NCBI GenBank assembly: GCA_964016885.1 | Contig: OZ024744.1 | Coordinates: 43,462,001-43,526,000 of the forward strand | Source: Eledone cirrhosa | Taxonomy: Eukaryota | DNA length: 64,000 nt | Reading direction: 5' to 3' | Shown here: in pieces, positions 40,001-51,900 of the stretch | Layout: each line of letters starts with the position of its first letter | How positions within the stretch are numbered: position 1 is the stretch's first letter | The notes under the pieces: model-generated | Databases searched by the model: none | Seen by the model: only the letters and a program-made list of their open reading frames with translations | Told to the model about the DNA's origin: nothing | Program-made: the position numbers and the translations under genes

Positions 40001-42301
40001 GGTCGTTGAGCAGGTGGCCCTGCTTCCATGACGACCCCAAGCCACGCGCATTTATGCTGCCTATTCTGAGTGAGGTCATGTTGAAAAGGAGTGGAAAAGA
40101 TGGGAAAGACCACTTACCTTACTTCTCGTAGGGGAAGGACGGTTTTTCCATCCTTTTCACTGCTTGTGGCCTCCTCAGGAAGGATGTCCTTATAAATCCT
40201 CCTGGAGAGTGCTTGTCGGAAGTCTCCGATGCCTTTGGGGAATTTTGTTTTAGTGTCATGTACGTTTTCTGTGTGATGCGAGTGATTTGTATGTGTGGAG
40301 GTGGTGTGAATTTTGGGGTTGTTGTGTAGTCTTTTTCTGTGATGCTGGTGTTGTGTTGGATGTAGTGTAATAATTGCTTGTTGTTCAAATTTAATGCTGT
40401 GTAGTGTGTATCGGTTTGGTTGTTTTGTTTTGTTTGCGTTTGTTGTGGGTTTGTTTCTGTTTCGCATTTTGGTGACTTTTGTGGTGTAGGTGATGGTGGT
40501 GTTGGGGTTAATGATGGTGATGGTGTTGGTGTTTGGGTTGATGGGGTTGGTGATGCTGGTGTGGACGGTGGCATATCTGTCCTAACTTTTTTGTTTCTTA
40601 ATTTATTTGTTTCCCTCTGTATTTTGTTTTTGGAGGGGGAAGGAAGAGAATTTTTTCTCTTTTGGTTTCTTTTTTTTTTTTTCCGGATATCGTTTCCCAC
40701 TCCTCGTCGTCACAATCTGTCTCCAGTTGTGATAGGCCGGGAGGTGGAAAATCCTCCACAGCCATTAGTTTTGGTTGTGGCGTGGTGGATGGTGTAGGCG
40801 CTGGTGCTAGTTCTGAAGCGTTGGGTGGTGGTGGTGTTGGTTTTGCTACTGTTGCTGGGGTTGTTGCTGTTATAGTTTCTTCTGTTGTTGCTGCTACAGT
40901 TGTTGCTGCCATCTCTGCTACTGGTGGTGTTGATGGTTGTGTCACTGGGGTGGGTAGGAGAGGTGGCCTCAACCTTTTAGCCTGAGGGCAGAAAGCCCTT
41001 AGGTGGGTTCCTTCACCACAAACGACACACCTAGGTCTTCTGCCCTCGACAATTACCGTGAGGTGGCTGCCGTCAGTGAGGTCTATTACCTCTGGGATCT
41101 CCTCAATGCTTTTTTGGTCCGCTTGGATCAGGAGCTCCATCCCAGATCCGGACCAGTTTTCCTGCTTTTCTTTTGCTATTGCTATTATTTTCGTGTTGGC
41201 TTCGATGCCGGCGAGGACGGCCGCTATTAGCCAGGGAATTTCGATGGCCGGTGGAACGTGGATCACCCTGATCTTTACGAGACTCTGGACACAATAGCTT
41301 GGGACGAGTGTGAAGTCGTCACTTTTTAATGGGGCCATGGAGTGTTCTCTAGCCTCCTCTGGTGTTTCAAAGAACACGTCCACGGTTCCATACTTTTGCC
41401 CACGTCTGATGTGGGTTTTTCTTGCCCACACATGTCCCAAAGCTTTTTGGATTTGGGACTCGGATGCCCGTTCCACTCGGCGCGATTTTACATTTATTGT
41501 TCTATACGACACGGTGCATAGGCGCCGATGCTCCATTTTATTAGGTGGGGAGGGGGGGGGGTTGAGGCTGACCCTGTACCCATCTTTCTTTACCATTTGT
41601 TTGGCATTTTCTAAATCTTCCAGAGTTACGGTAAATGCTTCGAATTGTTTTGCTACTCTGGCGAAACGGAGGGGGGGGGGGGGGTTTATAATGTCATTCT
41701 TGTTGTTGTTGCTATCGTTAATATTAATTTTAGTTTCAGTTGTGGTGGTGGTGACATCAGTCGTCTTTGGTGGGGAAGAGTCCATTTTGCTTGATTTCAT
41801 TTCGACATCACGAGTTAATTTATTTTTTTCTTCTTTTGTTTCTGTTGTCGCGGTGGTGGTGGTGGTGGTGGTGGTTGTCGCGGTGGTGGTGGTGGTGGAG
41901 GCTTTAACACCTGCAGTCATTGGTAATGGCGGGAATTGAATGTCCGCCTGAGACAAATTTAAAATATTGCTACTGCTTATATTTTTTTTTTGTGTTGGCA
42001 AACGTAGTAACATTTACAATGGTGGTGTCGGTGTGAGGTGTTATTTTGTGAGGAAGGCTTTCAGCTGCTTCGTGTAGAGGTGAAGTAGCCATTTTTTTTC
42101 AAAGAAATTTTTTGATAATAATAAAAGTTTAAATTTTGGGCAGAAGGCCCCAATCTTTTTGGGTGTCCTTTTCGGAAAACAATGTATGTGCGCTCATATA
42201 TGATTAACAATAAAAATTTTCCATAAATGGCAATTTTTAACAAACGGAAATAACAAATCTTTGCGGAGCTCACGATGATACGATTTACTACGTAGGTCGC
42301 C
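37051..42301 (-). mobile_element. Chimeric Tx1-type LINE: distinct ORF1, subfamily-A-like endonuclease, divergent RT/3' end, 666-bp internal deletion
   Basis: ORF1 from ATG 42092 (CVVCGEGTHLRAFC; frameshifts) to ~40114; ORF2 40079-38931 + 38888-37326 with join DEAL|VVGDL; ends in (AAT)n. Confidence 0.88.

Positions 42302-42367
<66 letters not shown>
42302..42367. repeat. (AAT)n junction
   Basis: Pure AAT run. Confidence 0.95.
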
Positions 42368-42369
<2 letters not shown>

Positions 42370-45300
42370 TTTCTTTATTAACCACAAGGGTTTACATAAA
42401 GTAGACATTAAGGACAGTGCAGGACAATGCAGGACGGTACAAATGGGCATTTCTGCGTGTAAAAAACAAAAACAGAGGATGTAACAAAAAATAACAATGA
42501 AAAATTCCCCAATAGGGGGGAGACTTCGGAGGGACATTTGTGGAGAAACCCCAGTAAAAAGCCACAATGACCCTGACCACCAAGGCAAGTGCCCTCTCCC
42601 AGTTTTCCACCTTTAATTTACAGATATATACTCAGAGTAGGCCCATTCACTCGGGCCATTCTTGCTTCTCTCACCCATCTTTCAACAAAATGCTGGGAAG
42701 AGAGCACTTCCCTCTCTACTCTGATTTTCCTTTTCAAATGAAATTTGAAAAAGTCAATCAGAGCATCACCGAAGAGGTAAGTGCTCGTCTTCAGCCCTTT
42801 CAAACGTGTCCACCATACTATCTCTTTCGCCATGGCCACCAGACAGATAAAAACTGCCTGCCCTTCCCGGCTAAAGGAGGAAGGCGGGGCAATCCTCACG
42901 ATGGACTCAGATGATAGCCGGATCCGTCCTAAACGCGACAGCAGGTGTTCGACATAAACCCACAAGTCAGCAATTTTCGGACACTGGACGAGTGCGTGCA
43001 GGACGGTTTCGTCGCCCTGCGCGCATCTCGGACATGCCCGGCTGACGGCACCTCCATGCCTGTAGAGTTTATCCCGAACTGGCAAGGCTCCTCGGTAGCA
43101 TTGCCAGGCCAGAGATTTCTGGAAGTTGTCCATAGGCCCTGGCCCGAAAGTTCTTCCGAAGAGATTGGCTAGTTGATTTTCGTCGACGCCTAGAGTTTCC
43201 CCAAGTACGTCGTCGCTCTTCCCCTCCACTAATCCTCTATAGAACGCCGAGGTGGAGTTTCCACCGATCACATTGCCCGATTGGTCGAGGGCTGTGAGCG
43301 CCTGAAGACATTCCAGTCTCCAGGCGCTCCCTCTCGGTCTTCGCTTGACCCAGGACTGCAGCTCCGTCAAGGAAACGAGCTGGGGAAATACGCGCCTAGC
43401 AAACGGCGACCACACCTGATCACCGTCGAGGAAGAGGTGGAGATGTCGTAGCCTGAGCGGGTGCCTGCGCATCATCAGCCACGGCATGCCCAGCCCTCCA
43501 CGTAGCGGGTGTTGACAACAGATGGACCGCCTGACCATCGGAGCACGTCCCTTCCACAAAAAGCGAAAGAGCAAACGCTCCAGCGCAGTCAGGCGAGGCT
43601 TAGGACAAGGTACGACGGTCAGGCGGTAGCAGATGACAGACGCGATGTACGCGTTAGCCACCTCCGCTCGACCTTTCAGGGATAGCTTCCTCTCCGCCCA
43701 TTTCTGGGTGAGAGAAGCCACCCTGCTCGTCACCAGCGTCCCAGTTTTTTCCGTCTGGAGGTCCGGACCGAACCAGACCCCTAGCAATTTAACCGGTCCG
43801 TCCGTCCAGCGTCCGACGACGCTGTTGGACGGCATGGACCTGCCTCTCCAGGTGCCGAGCTGCAGGCCCACTGACTTTTCCTGGTTGATCATTGCTCCTG
43901 TCACCGCTTCGTATTCTCTTAGTGTAGTGCCGATCGCCTCGATGTGTTTGGCGTTCGACACCACTACGGTGATATCGTCGGCATATGCTGACACGGATCT
44001 TCCGCATCCTAGTTCGCGCGGGACCCCCCTCAACGTCTCCAGTTTGTTCAGTAATGGCTCGAGAGTCAATACGTACAATAGGGACGAGAGGAGACATCCT
44101 TGGCGGACCGAGCGCATGATGTTGAACGGTTCCGACAGGTGACCGTTCACTCTCACCACAGAGCAGATGTCGCTGTGCATGGCAGCGATCCAGCCTCTGA
44201 AGACGGGCCCAAAGCCAGCCGCCCTCAGGACTGCCGCTAGGTAACGATGGTCGACCCTATCGAAAGCTTTCGACTGATCTAAATTTATCAAGGACCCACC
44301 CGTGCCAGGTTCCTTAGCTACCCTCTCTATGATGTATCGCATGAGGTGGAGGTTGTCGTGGATGGATCTGTCGGGAATGGCGCATGTCTGCGCCTCTCCC
44401 ACCAGACCACCAACGACAAGCGCCAACCTCTTTGCTAGCACCTTGGCCAAAATCTTGAACTCTGTGTTTAGCAGAGTTATGGGCCTAAAATTGTCTATGT
44501 TATCCCCCTTGTTCGTATCCTTTCTCAGCAGTTTCACCGCTCCTCGGCTCACAGAACTGGGAATTCTCCCGTTCTGTTGCCAGTTGCAGTAGACGTCCGC
44601 CAAGAGGCCTCCGAACAAGTCTGGCATCTGTACGTAAAGTTCATAGGGCAGACCATCCAAACCAGGCGATTTACCTCTTGTGCAGCCAGTCATTGCCTCC
44701 CGTACTTCAGCGGCTGTTATCGGCTTTTCGCAACACTTCGCCTCAGTGGCCGAGAGCCGGGGCAGTCCGTCGAGGTAGACACTAAAGTCCATCCCTCTAC
44801 CCGGCCCACCGCTGCCCCCGAACACCTGAGCGAAGTGTCGCTGAAAAGCTTCACACATTTGCCCGGGATCGAGTAGTATGCCCCCGTCGTGGTCCACCAA
44901 AGACCGGATCGTCGCTTTGTTGCCACGACGCGCCTCCGCCACTCGGGCCCATTGAACGGTTTTCGTCCCCTCGTGTCTGAGAGCACGCACCCTTGCTCTG
45001 ACAACGCAGCCTTCGTGCTTTGCATTGAAGAATTGGTCAAGGGCCAATTTCGCCGCAAGCACGTCGGTCGCAATGCCTTTGCTAAGCGCCTCGTCTAATT
45101 TTCTAACTAGTTCTCCCTCTGCTCTATTTTTCTCTATTGCTAAAGCCTTACTAAACCTAATGGATTCTATTCTAATCGCTCTTTTCAGAGCAAACCACCA
45201 CTTGTTGTTGACGATGGCCCCCGTCAACGCCCGCTTAACTAGTTCGCTAATCCGGTCTCTGTAGGCCTTGCGCGCTGGTAAGGACGCGTTTAGCTTCCAG

Positions 45301-48300
45301 TAGCCGAGTCCTCGTCTATTAAGCCTATCTAAGTCAAGCACACAGATCACGAATTTGTGGTCCGTGTAGCTGACTATCTTGAATTGTGGACAGCCTATGC
45401 TAGACCTATCTATTTCCCTACAAAATACTCTATCTAGATATGATCTGGATGACCCTATGCGGTTTGTCCAAGTCCACATTGGCACATTCGGGAAATCCAT
45501 TCGGTACCTGTCAGACAGTTCAAAACGCCTGAGCAGGTTGGTTAGGCTCTTGCACCCTCCACCCCTATCCGCTAATCCCACACAGTCCCAGCGTGCATCT
45601 AAGATCCCGTTCCAGTCGACCACTAACACTAAAGAGCGGGACGTTCCAAGAAAGGTCTCCAGACGCCGGAAAAAATCAGGCCGCCCTGCTCCTGTCGGGG
45701 CATAGACGGCCACTAGCCTGAAAGCTTGCCCGTCTCCGCTGGTCACGTCCAGCACCACCAGCTTACCCTCTGGGTCCAGGAAGATGGCCCGTATGGCGAG
45801 ATCCAAACCTCTCCGAAAAAGCACAGCAACTCCTCCACCCGATCCAGGACGGCTGGGAGATGCGTACACATCGTAGCCGCCGAAGATCGGTGCGAAGGCC
45901 CGTGCTTCGGAGATTCTGGTCTCGCTGATGGCCACTACATCTATGTTTAGTGACCTGAGGTCGTTGAGCAGGTGACCCTGCTTCCATGACGACCCCAAGC
46001 CACGCGCATTTATGCTGCCTATTCTGAGTGAGGTCATGTTTCAAATAGAGTGGAAAAGATGGGAAAGACCACTTACCGTACTTTTGGTGGAGGAGGGATG
46101 GTTTTTACATCCCTTTTCACTTGATCGTCTGGTGAAGGGACCGTTGAATCGTCCCTTCGGCTGGTCGTCGGCTCTTCTAAGAGAATGTCTGAATATACTC
46201 TTCGATTGATGGTTCGTCCTAGGTCCCTGAAATCACCAACTGCGTTGGGGAATTTCGTTTTAATGTTTGTGTATTGTTTCTGTGCTATTTTTAGCAGTCT
46301 TATGTTAGTTGGCGTTTTGATCGGTGCTGGTATTATGTAGTCCTGTTGTGAAATGTCTGTGTGTTCAATTATGTAAGTCATTAGTTTCTTGTTGTGTATT
46401 TATTGCCGTGCATTTGTTTTTCTGGGGGTGGGGTGTGGTTCTGCTATTTTCTTGTCGTTGTTGCTGGGTGTGTGTGTTTTGTTGGTGTGTTTGCGATGTT
46501 GGTGCTTGTGGTGGTGGTGTTGAAGGTGTTGTTGGCGGTGGGGTTGTCGCCGGTGGTGATGGTGGTGCTAGTGTGGGTGGTGATGGTGTTGGTGGTGTTG
46601 CTGCTGTGGGTCTCTTTGCAGTAGACTTTACCCTTTTCTCATTTCTTTCCTCCCTTTTCAAAGGCGACGATGCGCTGCTTCTGCGTTTGTGCCTTCTTAC
46701 GACCTTTTGCCATCCCTCTCCCACCTCACACTCCATGTCTGATTCTGTGAGGTCGGGGAGGGGTACCAGCTCCACTCTTTCACTTGTTGTTGTTGGTGAT
46801 GTTTGCACTGGAGTCTCTGTTGCAGCTGCATTTGGTATTGCTGTTGTTGTTGTTAATATTTCCACTGCTGCTGCTGTTTTTGATTTCCGTGGAGTGGGTA
46901 TGGGTGCCACGGACCTATCGTTCCTGGTTGCCGCTTGTCCTGTTGCTGGTAGCCGTGGAGCCGGATTCGGATGGAGGGGGGTTTTCTCCTTTCTCAGGGT
47001 CTTCTCGTTGCAGAAGGCCCTGAGGTGAGTCTTCGATCCACAGCGAAAGCATTTCGGGCGTTTGCCCTCAACACTTATGGGCAGTTGAGTGCCGTTATCG
47101 AAGTCTATCACATCCGGGATAGCTTCGATGCACTCCTGGTTGGTTTGGATTAGCATCTCAATGGAGGTGCCTACCCAATCTTCTCTTACTTTTTTCTGTA
47201 CTTGCAGTACAGTTGTTTTGTCCTCGATTCCGACGAGGACAGACGCGGCCAGCCAAGAAGGGGCCATTCCGGGGGGGACTTGGGTCAGTTTGACCCTCAC
47301 AATTTTTTTGCCCGCAGTAGGAGGGCACCAACACCATTTCCTCGCTCCTTAGGGTCACTACTGATTGGGCCTTTGCCTCCTGGGGTGTGGCAAAAAGTAC
47401 GTCTACGGTGGCATATTTTTTGCCTCGGGTGATGTGCGTTTTCCGCTGCCACACAGACCCCAAGGCTTTTTTGTATTTGGGCCTCTGTGGCTCTTTCCAT
47501 CCCACGGGATTTTGTACTTACTGTACGGTACGTGACCGTACAGTGCTCTTGGGTTTCGAAAAATTTTTCCGCTGCCTTGCAGATTGCTCGGTGTCCATTC
47601 TTTGTCACCATCTTCTTCGCTTCCTCTAATTCCTCATTTGTTATGAGGATTGTTTCCAAGTTTTTCGCAATACCTGCAAATGAGATTGGTTTTTCTCTGC
47701 TGCTGCTGGTGTTGTTGTCGTCAGAGCTGCTGGTACTTTTGTTGTTGCTGCAGGTACTACGACTACTGCCTCCGCCGCTGTTGCTGTGGTTGTTGTTGGT
47801 GTTGCTGCTGCTAATGCTGTTGTTGTTTATGCTGCTGGTGATGCTGTTGCGGCTGCTACTGTTGTTTTCATTGTCACTGTTGCTGTTGTTATTACGGCTG
47901 CTACTGCTATTATTCCTGACGTCAGACGAATGAACTGGGTTTTCGTATTTCCCGCACACCTGTTTCGTCGCTGTCGTCGTCGTCGTGGAGAAACCTTGCA
48001 CGCTTTGCACGAGACTTTTCTTTTCTTTCGTCACTTGCGAAAGAGAAGGGAGGGAGAGAGACACATTTAAAGAAGGGAGGGAGAGAGACAATCTTCTCTC
48101 TGCTGTAGTGATGATTGAGGAAGAAGAAGACGGAATGAGTGGGAGTGACGTATGAAATTTCTTTTTCGTAGCCATATTGTTTTTTTGTTTAAAATGAATA
48201 TTGGGTACAAAACCCCAATAACTGGTTATTTAACCCCGAAGGGCCAAATAACGGACAGAAAGACCCCTCTCACGAGGAGGAGGGTGTCTTTATCAACAAT

Positions 48301-48390
48301 TTGGTTCAAGTTTTAAACAATTTACAATTGTTTTAACGGTTAAAAATTACTATACCTTACAGAGCCGAGGCTCCGTCAACCATGGCATTC
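42368..48390 (-). mobile_element. Full-length Tx1-type LINE, subfamily A copy 2 (ORF1 frameshifted)
   Basis: ORF1 split into 47297-48175 / 46365-47300 / 46073-46381; ORF2 open; (AAT)n at both ends. Confidence 0.95.
42618..46037 (-). CDS. Tx1 ORF2: APE endonuclease + RT + C-terminal zinc motif (1139 aa)
   Basis: GSINARGL, ISETRI, VDWN (GDWN in sisters), SYLDR, TDH; KSPGLDG, FRPITLLN, DQSKAFDRV, QGCLLS, YADD, CPRCAQGDETVLHALVQC. Confidence 0.93.
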   Translation of the reverse strand: MTSLRIGSINARGLGSSWKQGHLLNDLRSLNIDVVAISETRISEARAFAPIFGGYDVYASPSRPGSGGGVAVLFRRGLDLAIRAIFLDPEGKLVVLDVTSGDGQAFRLVAVYAPTGAGRPDFFRRLETFLGTSRSLVLVVDWNGILDARWDCVGLADRGGGCKSLTNLLRRFELSDRYRMDFPNVPMWTWTNRIGSSRSYLDRVFCREIDRSSIGCPQFKIVSYTDHKFVICVLDLDRLNRRGLGYWKLNASLPARKAYRDRISELVKRALTGAIVNNKWWFALKRAIRIESIRFSKALAIEKNRAEGELVRKLDEALSKGIATDVLAAKLALDQFFNAKHEGCVVRARVRALRHEGTKTVQWARVAEARRGNKATIRSLVDHDGGILLDPGQMCEAFQRHFAQVFGGSGGPGRGMDFSVYLDGLPRLSATEAKCCEKPITAAEVREAMTGCTRGKSPGLDGLPYELYVQMPDLFGGLLADVYCNWQQNGRIPSSVSRGAVKLLRKDTNKGDNIDNFRPITLLNTEFKILAKVLAKRLALVVGGLVGEAQTCAIPDRSIHDNLHLMRYIIERVAKEPGTGGSLINLDQSKAFDRVDHRYLAAVLRAAGFGPVFRGWIAAMHSDICSVVRVNGHLSEPFNIMRSVRQGCLLSSLLYVLTLEPLLNKLETLRGVPRELGCGRSVSAYADDITVVVSNAKHIEAIGTTLREYEAVTGAMINQEKSVGLQLGTWRGRSMPSNSVVGRWTDGPVKLLGVWFGPDLQTEKTGTLVTSRVASLTQKWAERKLSLKGRAEVANAYIASVICYRLTVVPCPKPRLTALERLLFRFLWKGRAPMVRRSICCQHPLRGGLGMPWLMMRRHPLRLRHLHLFLDGDQVWSPFARRVFPQLVSLTELQSWVKRRPRGSAWRLECLQALTALDQSGNVIGGNSTSAFYRGLVEGKSDDVLGETLGVDENQLANLFGRTFGPGPMDNFQKSLAWQCYRGALPVRDKLYRHGGAVSRACPRCAQGDETVLHALVQCPKIADLWVYVEHLLSRLGRIRLSSESIVRIAPPSSFSREGQAVFICLVAMAKEIVWWTRLKGLKTSTYLFGDALIDFFKFHLKRKIRVEREVLSSQHFVERWVREARMARVNGPTLSIYL

Positions 48391-48441
48391 AATAATAATA
48401 ATAATAATGATTTCTTTATTGGCCACAATTAATAATAATAA

Positions 48442-48627
48442 TTGTTTCTACTTTAGGCACAAGGCCAGCAATTACCTAGTGCATTACTGGTACTTTATTT
48501 TATCGACCCCATAAGGATGAAAGGCAAAGTTAACCTCGGCGGGATTTGAACTCAGATCGTAAAGGGACGTAACTATGCTGGAAAGGATGGCGTCCGACCC
48601 TCTACCGATACTGCCAATCCACCGCCC
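48442..48627 (-). mobile_element. tRNA-derived SINE
   Basis: 5' GGGCGGTGGATTGGCAGTATCGG, B-box GAGTTCAAATCC, tail ggccttgtgcctaaagtagaaacaattatt; flanked by (AAT)n. Confidence 0.9.
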
Positions 48628-48912
48628 TAATAATAATAATAATAATAATGATTTCTTTATTAACCACAAGGGTTTACATAAAGTAGACATTAAGGACAGT
48701 GCAGGACAATGCAGGACGGTACAAATGGGCATTTCTGCGTGTAAAAAAAACAAAAACAGAGGATGTAACAAAAATAACAATGAAAATAACAATGAAAAAT
48801 TCCCCAATAGGGGGGAGACTTCGGAGGGACATTTGTGGAGAAAGCCCAGTAAAAAGCCACAATGACCCTGACCACCAAGGCAAGTGCCCTCTCCCAGTTT
48901 TCCACCTTTAGT

Positions 48913-51900
48913 TTACAGATATATACTCAGAGTCGGCCCATTCACTCGGGCCATTCTTGCTTCTCTTACCCATCTTTCAACAAAATGCTGGGAAGAGAGC
49001 ACTTCCCTCTCTACTCTGATTTTCCTTTTCAAATGAAATTTGAAAAAGTCAATCAGAGCATCACCGAAGAGGTAAGTGCTCGTCTTCAGCCCTTTCAAAC
49101 GTGTCCACCATACTATCTCTTTCGCCATGGCCACCAGACAGATAAAAACTGCCTGCCCTTCCCGGCTAAAGGAGGAGGGCGGGGCAATCCTCACGATGGA
49201 CTCAGATGATAGTTGGATCCGTCCTAAACGCGACAGCAGGTGTTCGACATAAACCCACAAGTCAGCAATTTTCGGACACTGGACGAGTGCGTGCAGGACG
49301 GTTTCGTCGCCCTGCGCGCATCTCGGACATGCCCGGCTGACGGCACCTCCATGCCTGTAGAGTTTATCCCGAACTGGCAAGGCTCCTCGGTAGCACTGCC
49401 AGGCCAGAGATTTCTGGAAGTTGTCCATAGGCCCTGGCCCGAAAGTTCTTCCGAAGAGATTGGCTAGTTGATTTTCGTCGACGCCTAGAGTTTCCCCAAG
49501 TACGTCATCGCTCTTCCCCTCCACTAATCCTCTATAGAACGCCGAGGTGGAGTTTCCACCGATCACATTGCCCGATTGGTCGAGGGCTGTGAGCGCCTGA
49601 AGACATTCCAGTCTCCAGGCGCTCCCTCTCGGTCTTCGCTTGACCCAGGACTGCAGCTCCGTCAAGGAAACGAGCTGGGGAAACACGCGTCTAGCAAACG
49701 GCGACCACACCTGATCACCGTCGAGGAAGAGGTGGAGATGTCGTAGCCTGAGCGCGTGCCTGCGCATCATCAGCCACGGCATGCCCAGCCCTCCACGTAG
49801 CGGGTGTTGACAACAGATGGACCGCCTGACCAACGGAGCGCGTCCCTTCCACAAAAAGCGAAAGAGCAAACGCTCCAGCACAGTCAGGCGAGGCTTAGGA
49901 CAAGGTACGACGGTCAGGCGGTAGCAGATGACGGACGCGATGTACGCGTTAGCCACCTCCGCTCGACCTTTCAGGGATAGCTTCCTCTCGGCCCATTTCT
50001 GGGTGAGAGAAGCCACCCTGCTCGTCACCTCGTCCCAGTTTTTGTCCGTCTGGAGGTCCGGACCGAACCAGACCCCTAGCAATTTAACCGGTCCGTCCGT
50101 CCAGCGTCCGACGACGCTGTTGGACGGCATGGACCTGCCTCTCCAGGTGCCGAGCCGCAGGCCCACTGACTTTTCCTGGTTGATCATTGCTCCTGTCACC
50201 GCTTCGTATTCTCTTAGTGTAGTGCCGATCGCCTCGATGTGTTTGGCGTTCGACACCACTACGGTGACATCGTCCGCATATGCTGATACGGATCTTCCGC
50301 ATCCTAGTTCGCGCGGGACCCCCCTCAACGTCTCCAGTTTGTGCAGTAATGGCTCGAGAGTCAATACGTACAAGAGGGACGAGAGGGGACATCCTTGGCG
50401 GACCGAGCGCATGATGTTGAACGGTTCCGACAGGTGACCGTTCACTCTCACCACAGAGCAGATGTCGCTGTGCATGGCAGCGATCCAGCCTCTGAAGACG
50501 GGCCCAAAGCCAGCCGCTCTCAGGACTGCCGCTAGGTAACGATGGTCGACCCTATCGAAAGCTTTCGACTGATCTAAATTGATCAAGGACCCACCCGTGC
50601 CAGGTTCCCTAGCTACCCTCTCTACGATGTATCGCATGAGGTGGAGGTTGTCGTGGATGGATCTGTCGGGAATGGCGCATGTCTGCGCCTCTCCCACCAG
50701 ACCACCAACGACAAGCGCCAACCTCTTTGCTAGCACCTTGGCCAAAATCTTAAACTCTGTGTTTAGCAGAGTTATGGGCCGGAAATTGTCTATGTTATCC
50801 CTCTTGTTCGGATCATTTCTCAGCAGTGCCACCGCTCCTCGGCTCACAGAACTGGGAATTCTCCCGTTCTGTTGCCAGTTGCAGTAGACGTCCGCCAAGA
50901 GGCCTCCGAACAAGTCTGGCATCTGTACGTAAAGTTCATAGGGCAGACCATCCAAACCAGGCGATTTACCCCTTGTGCAGCCAGTCATTGCCTCCCTTAC
51001 TTCAGCGGCTGTTATCGGCTTTTCGCAACACTTCGCCTCAGTGGCCGAGAGCCGCGGCAGTCCGTCGAGGTAGACACTAAAGTCCATCCCTCTACCCGGC
51101 CCCCCGCTGCCCCCGAACAGCTGAGCGAAGTGTCGCTGAAAAGCTTCACACATTTGCCCGGGATCGAGTAGCATGCGCCCGTCGTGGTCCACCAAAGACC
51201 GGATCGTGGCTTTGTTGCCACGACGCGCCTCCGCCACTCGGGCCCATTGAACGGCTTTCGTCCCCTCGTGTCTGAGAGCACGCACCCTAGCTCTGACAAC
51301 GCAGCCTTCGTGCTTTGCATTGAAGAATTGGTCAAGGGCCAATTTCGCCGCAAGCACGTCGGTCGCAATGCCTTTGCTAAGCGCCTCGTCTAATTTTCTA
51401 ACTAGTTCTCCCTCTGCTCTATTTTTCTCTATTGCTAAAGCCTTACTAAACCTAATCGATTCTATTCTAATCGCTCTTTTCAGAGCAAACCACCACTTGT
51501 TGTTGACGATGGCCCCCGTCAACGCCCGCTTAACTAGTTCGCTAATCCGGTCTCTGTAGGCCTTGCGCGCTGGTAAGGACGCGTTTAGCTTCCAGTAGCC
51601 GGGTCCTCGTCTATGAAGCCTATCTAAGTCAAGCACACAGATCACGAATTTGTGGTCCGTGTAGCTGACTATCTTGAATTGTGGACAGCCTATGCTAGAC
51701 CTATCTATTTCCCTACAAAATACTCTATCTAGATATGATCTGGATGACCCTATGCGGTTTGTCCAAGTCCACATTGGCACATTCGCGAAATCCAATCGGT
51801 ACCTGTCAGACAGTTCAAAACGCCTGAGCAGGTTGGTGAGGCTCTTGCACCCTCCACCCCTATCCGCTAATCCCACACAGTCCCAGCGTGCATCTAAGAT

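Noticed and set aside
42061-42588. Poly-Leu/poly-Ile 'membrane protein' ORFs (also 20641-21024, 48484-48807)
   Set aside because: They cross element junctions through (ATT)n runs
48560-48627. tRNA gene
   Set aside because: A/B-box-like head of a SINE; no cloverleaf and contiguous with the SINE body
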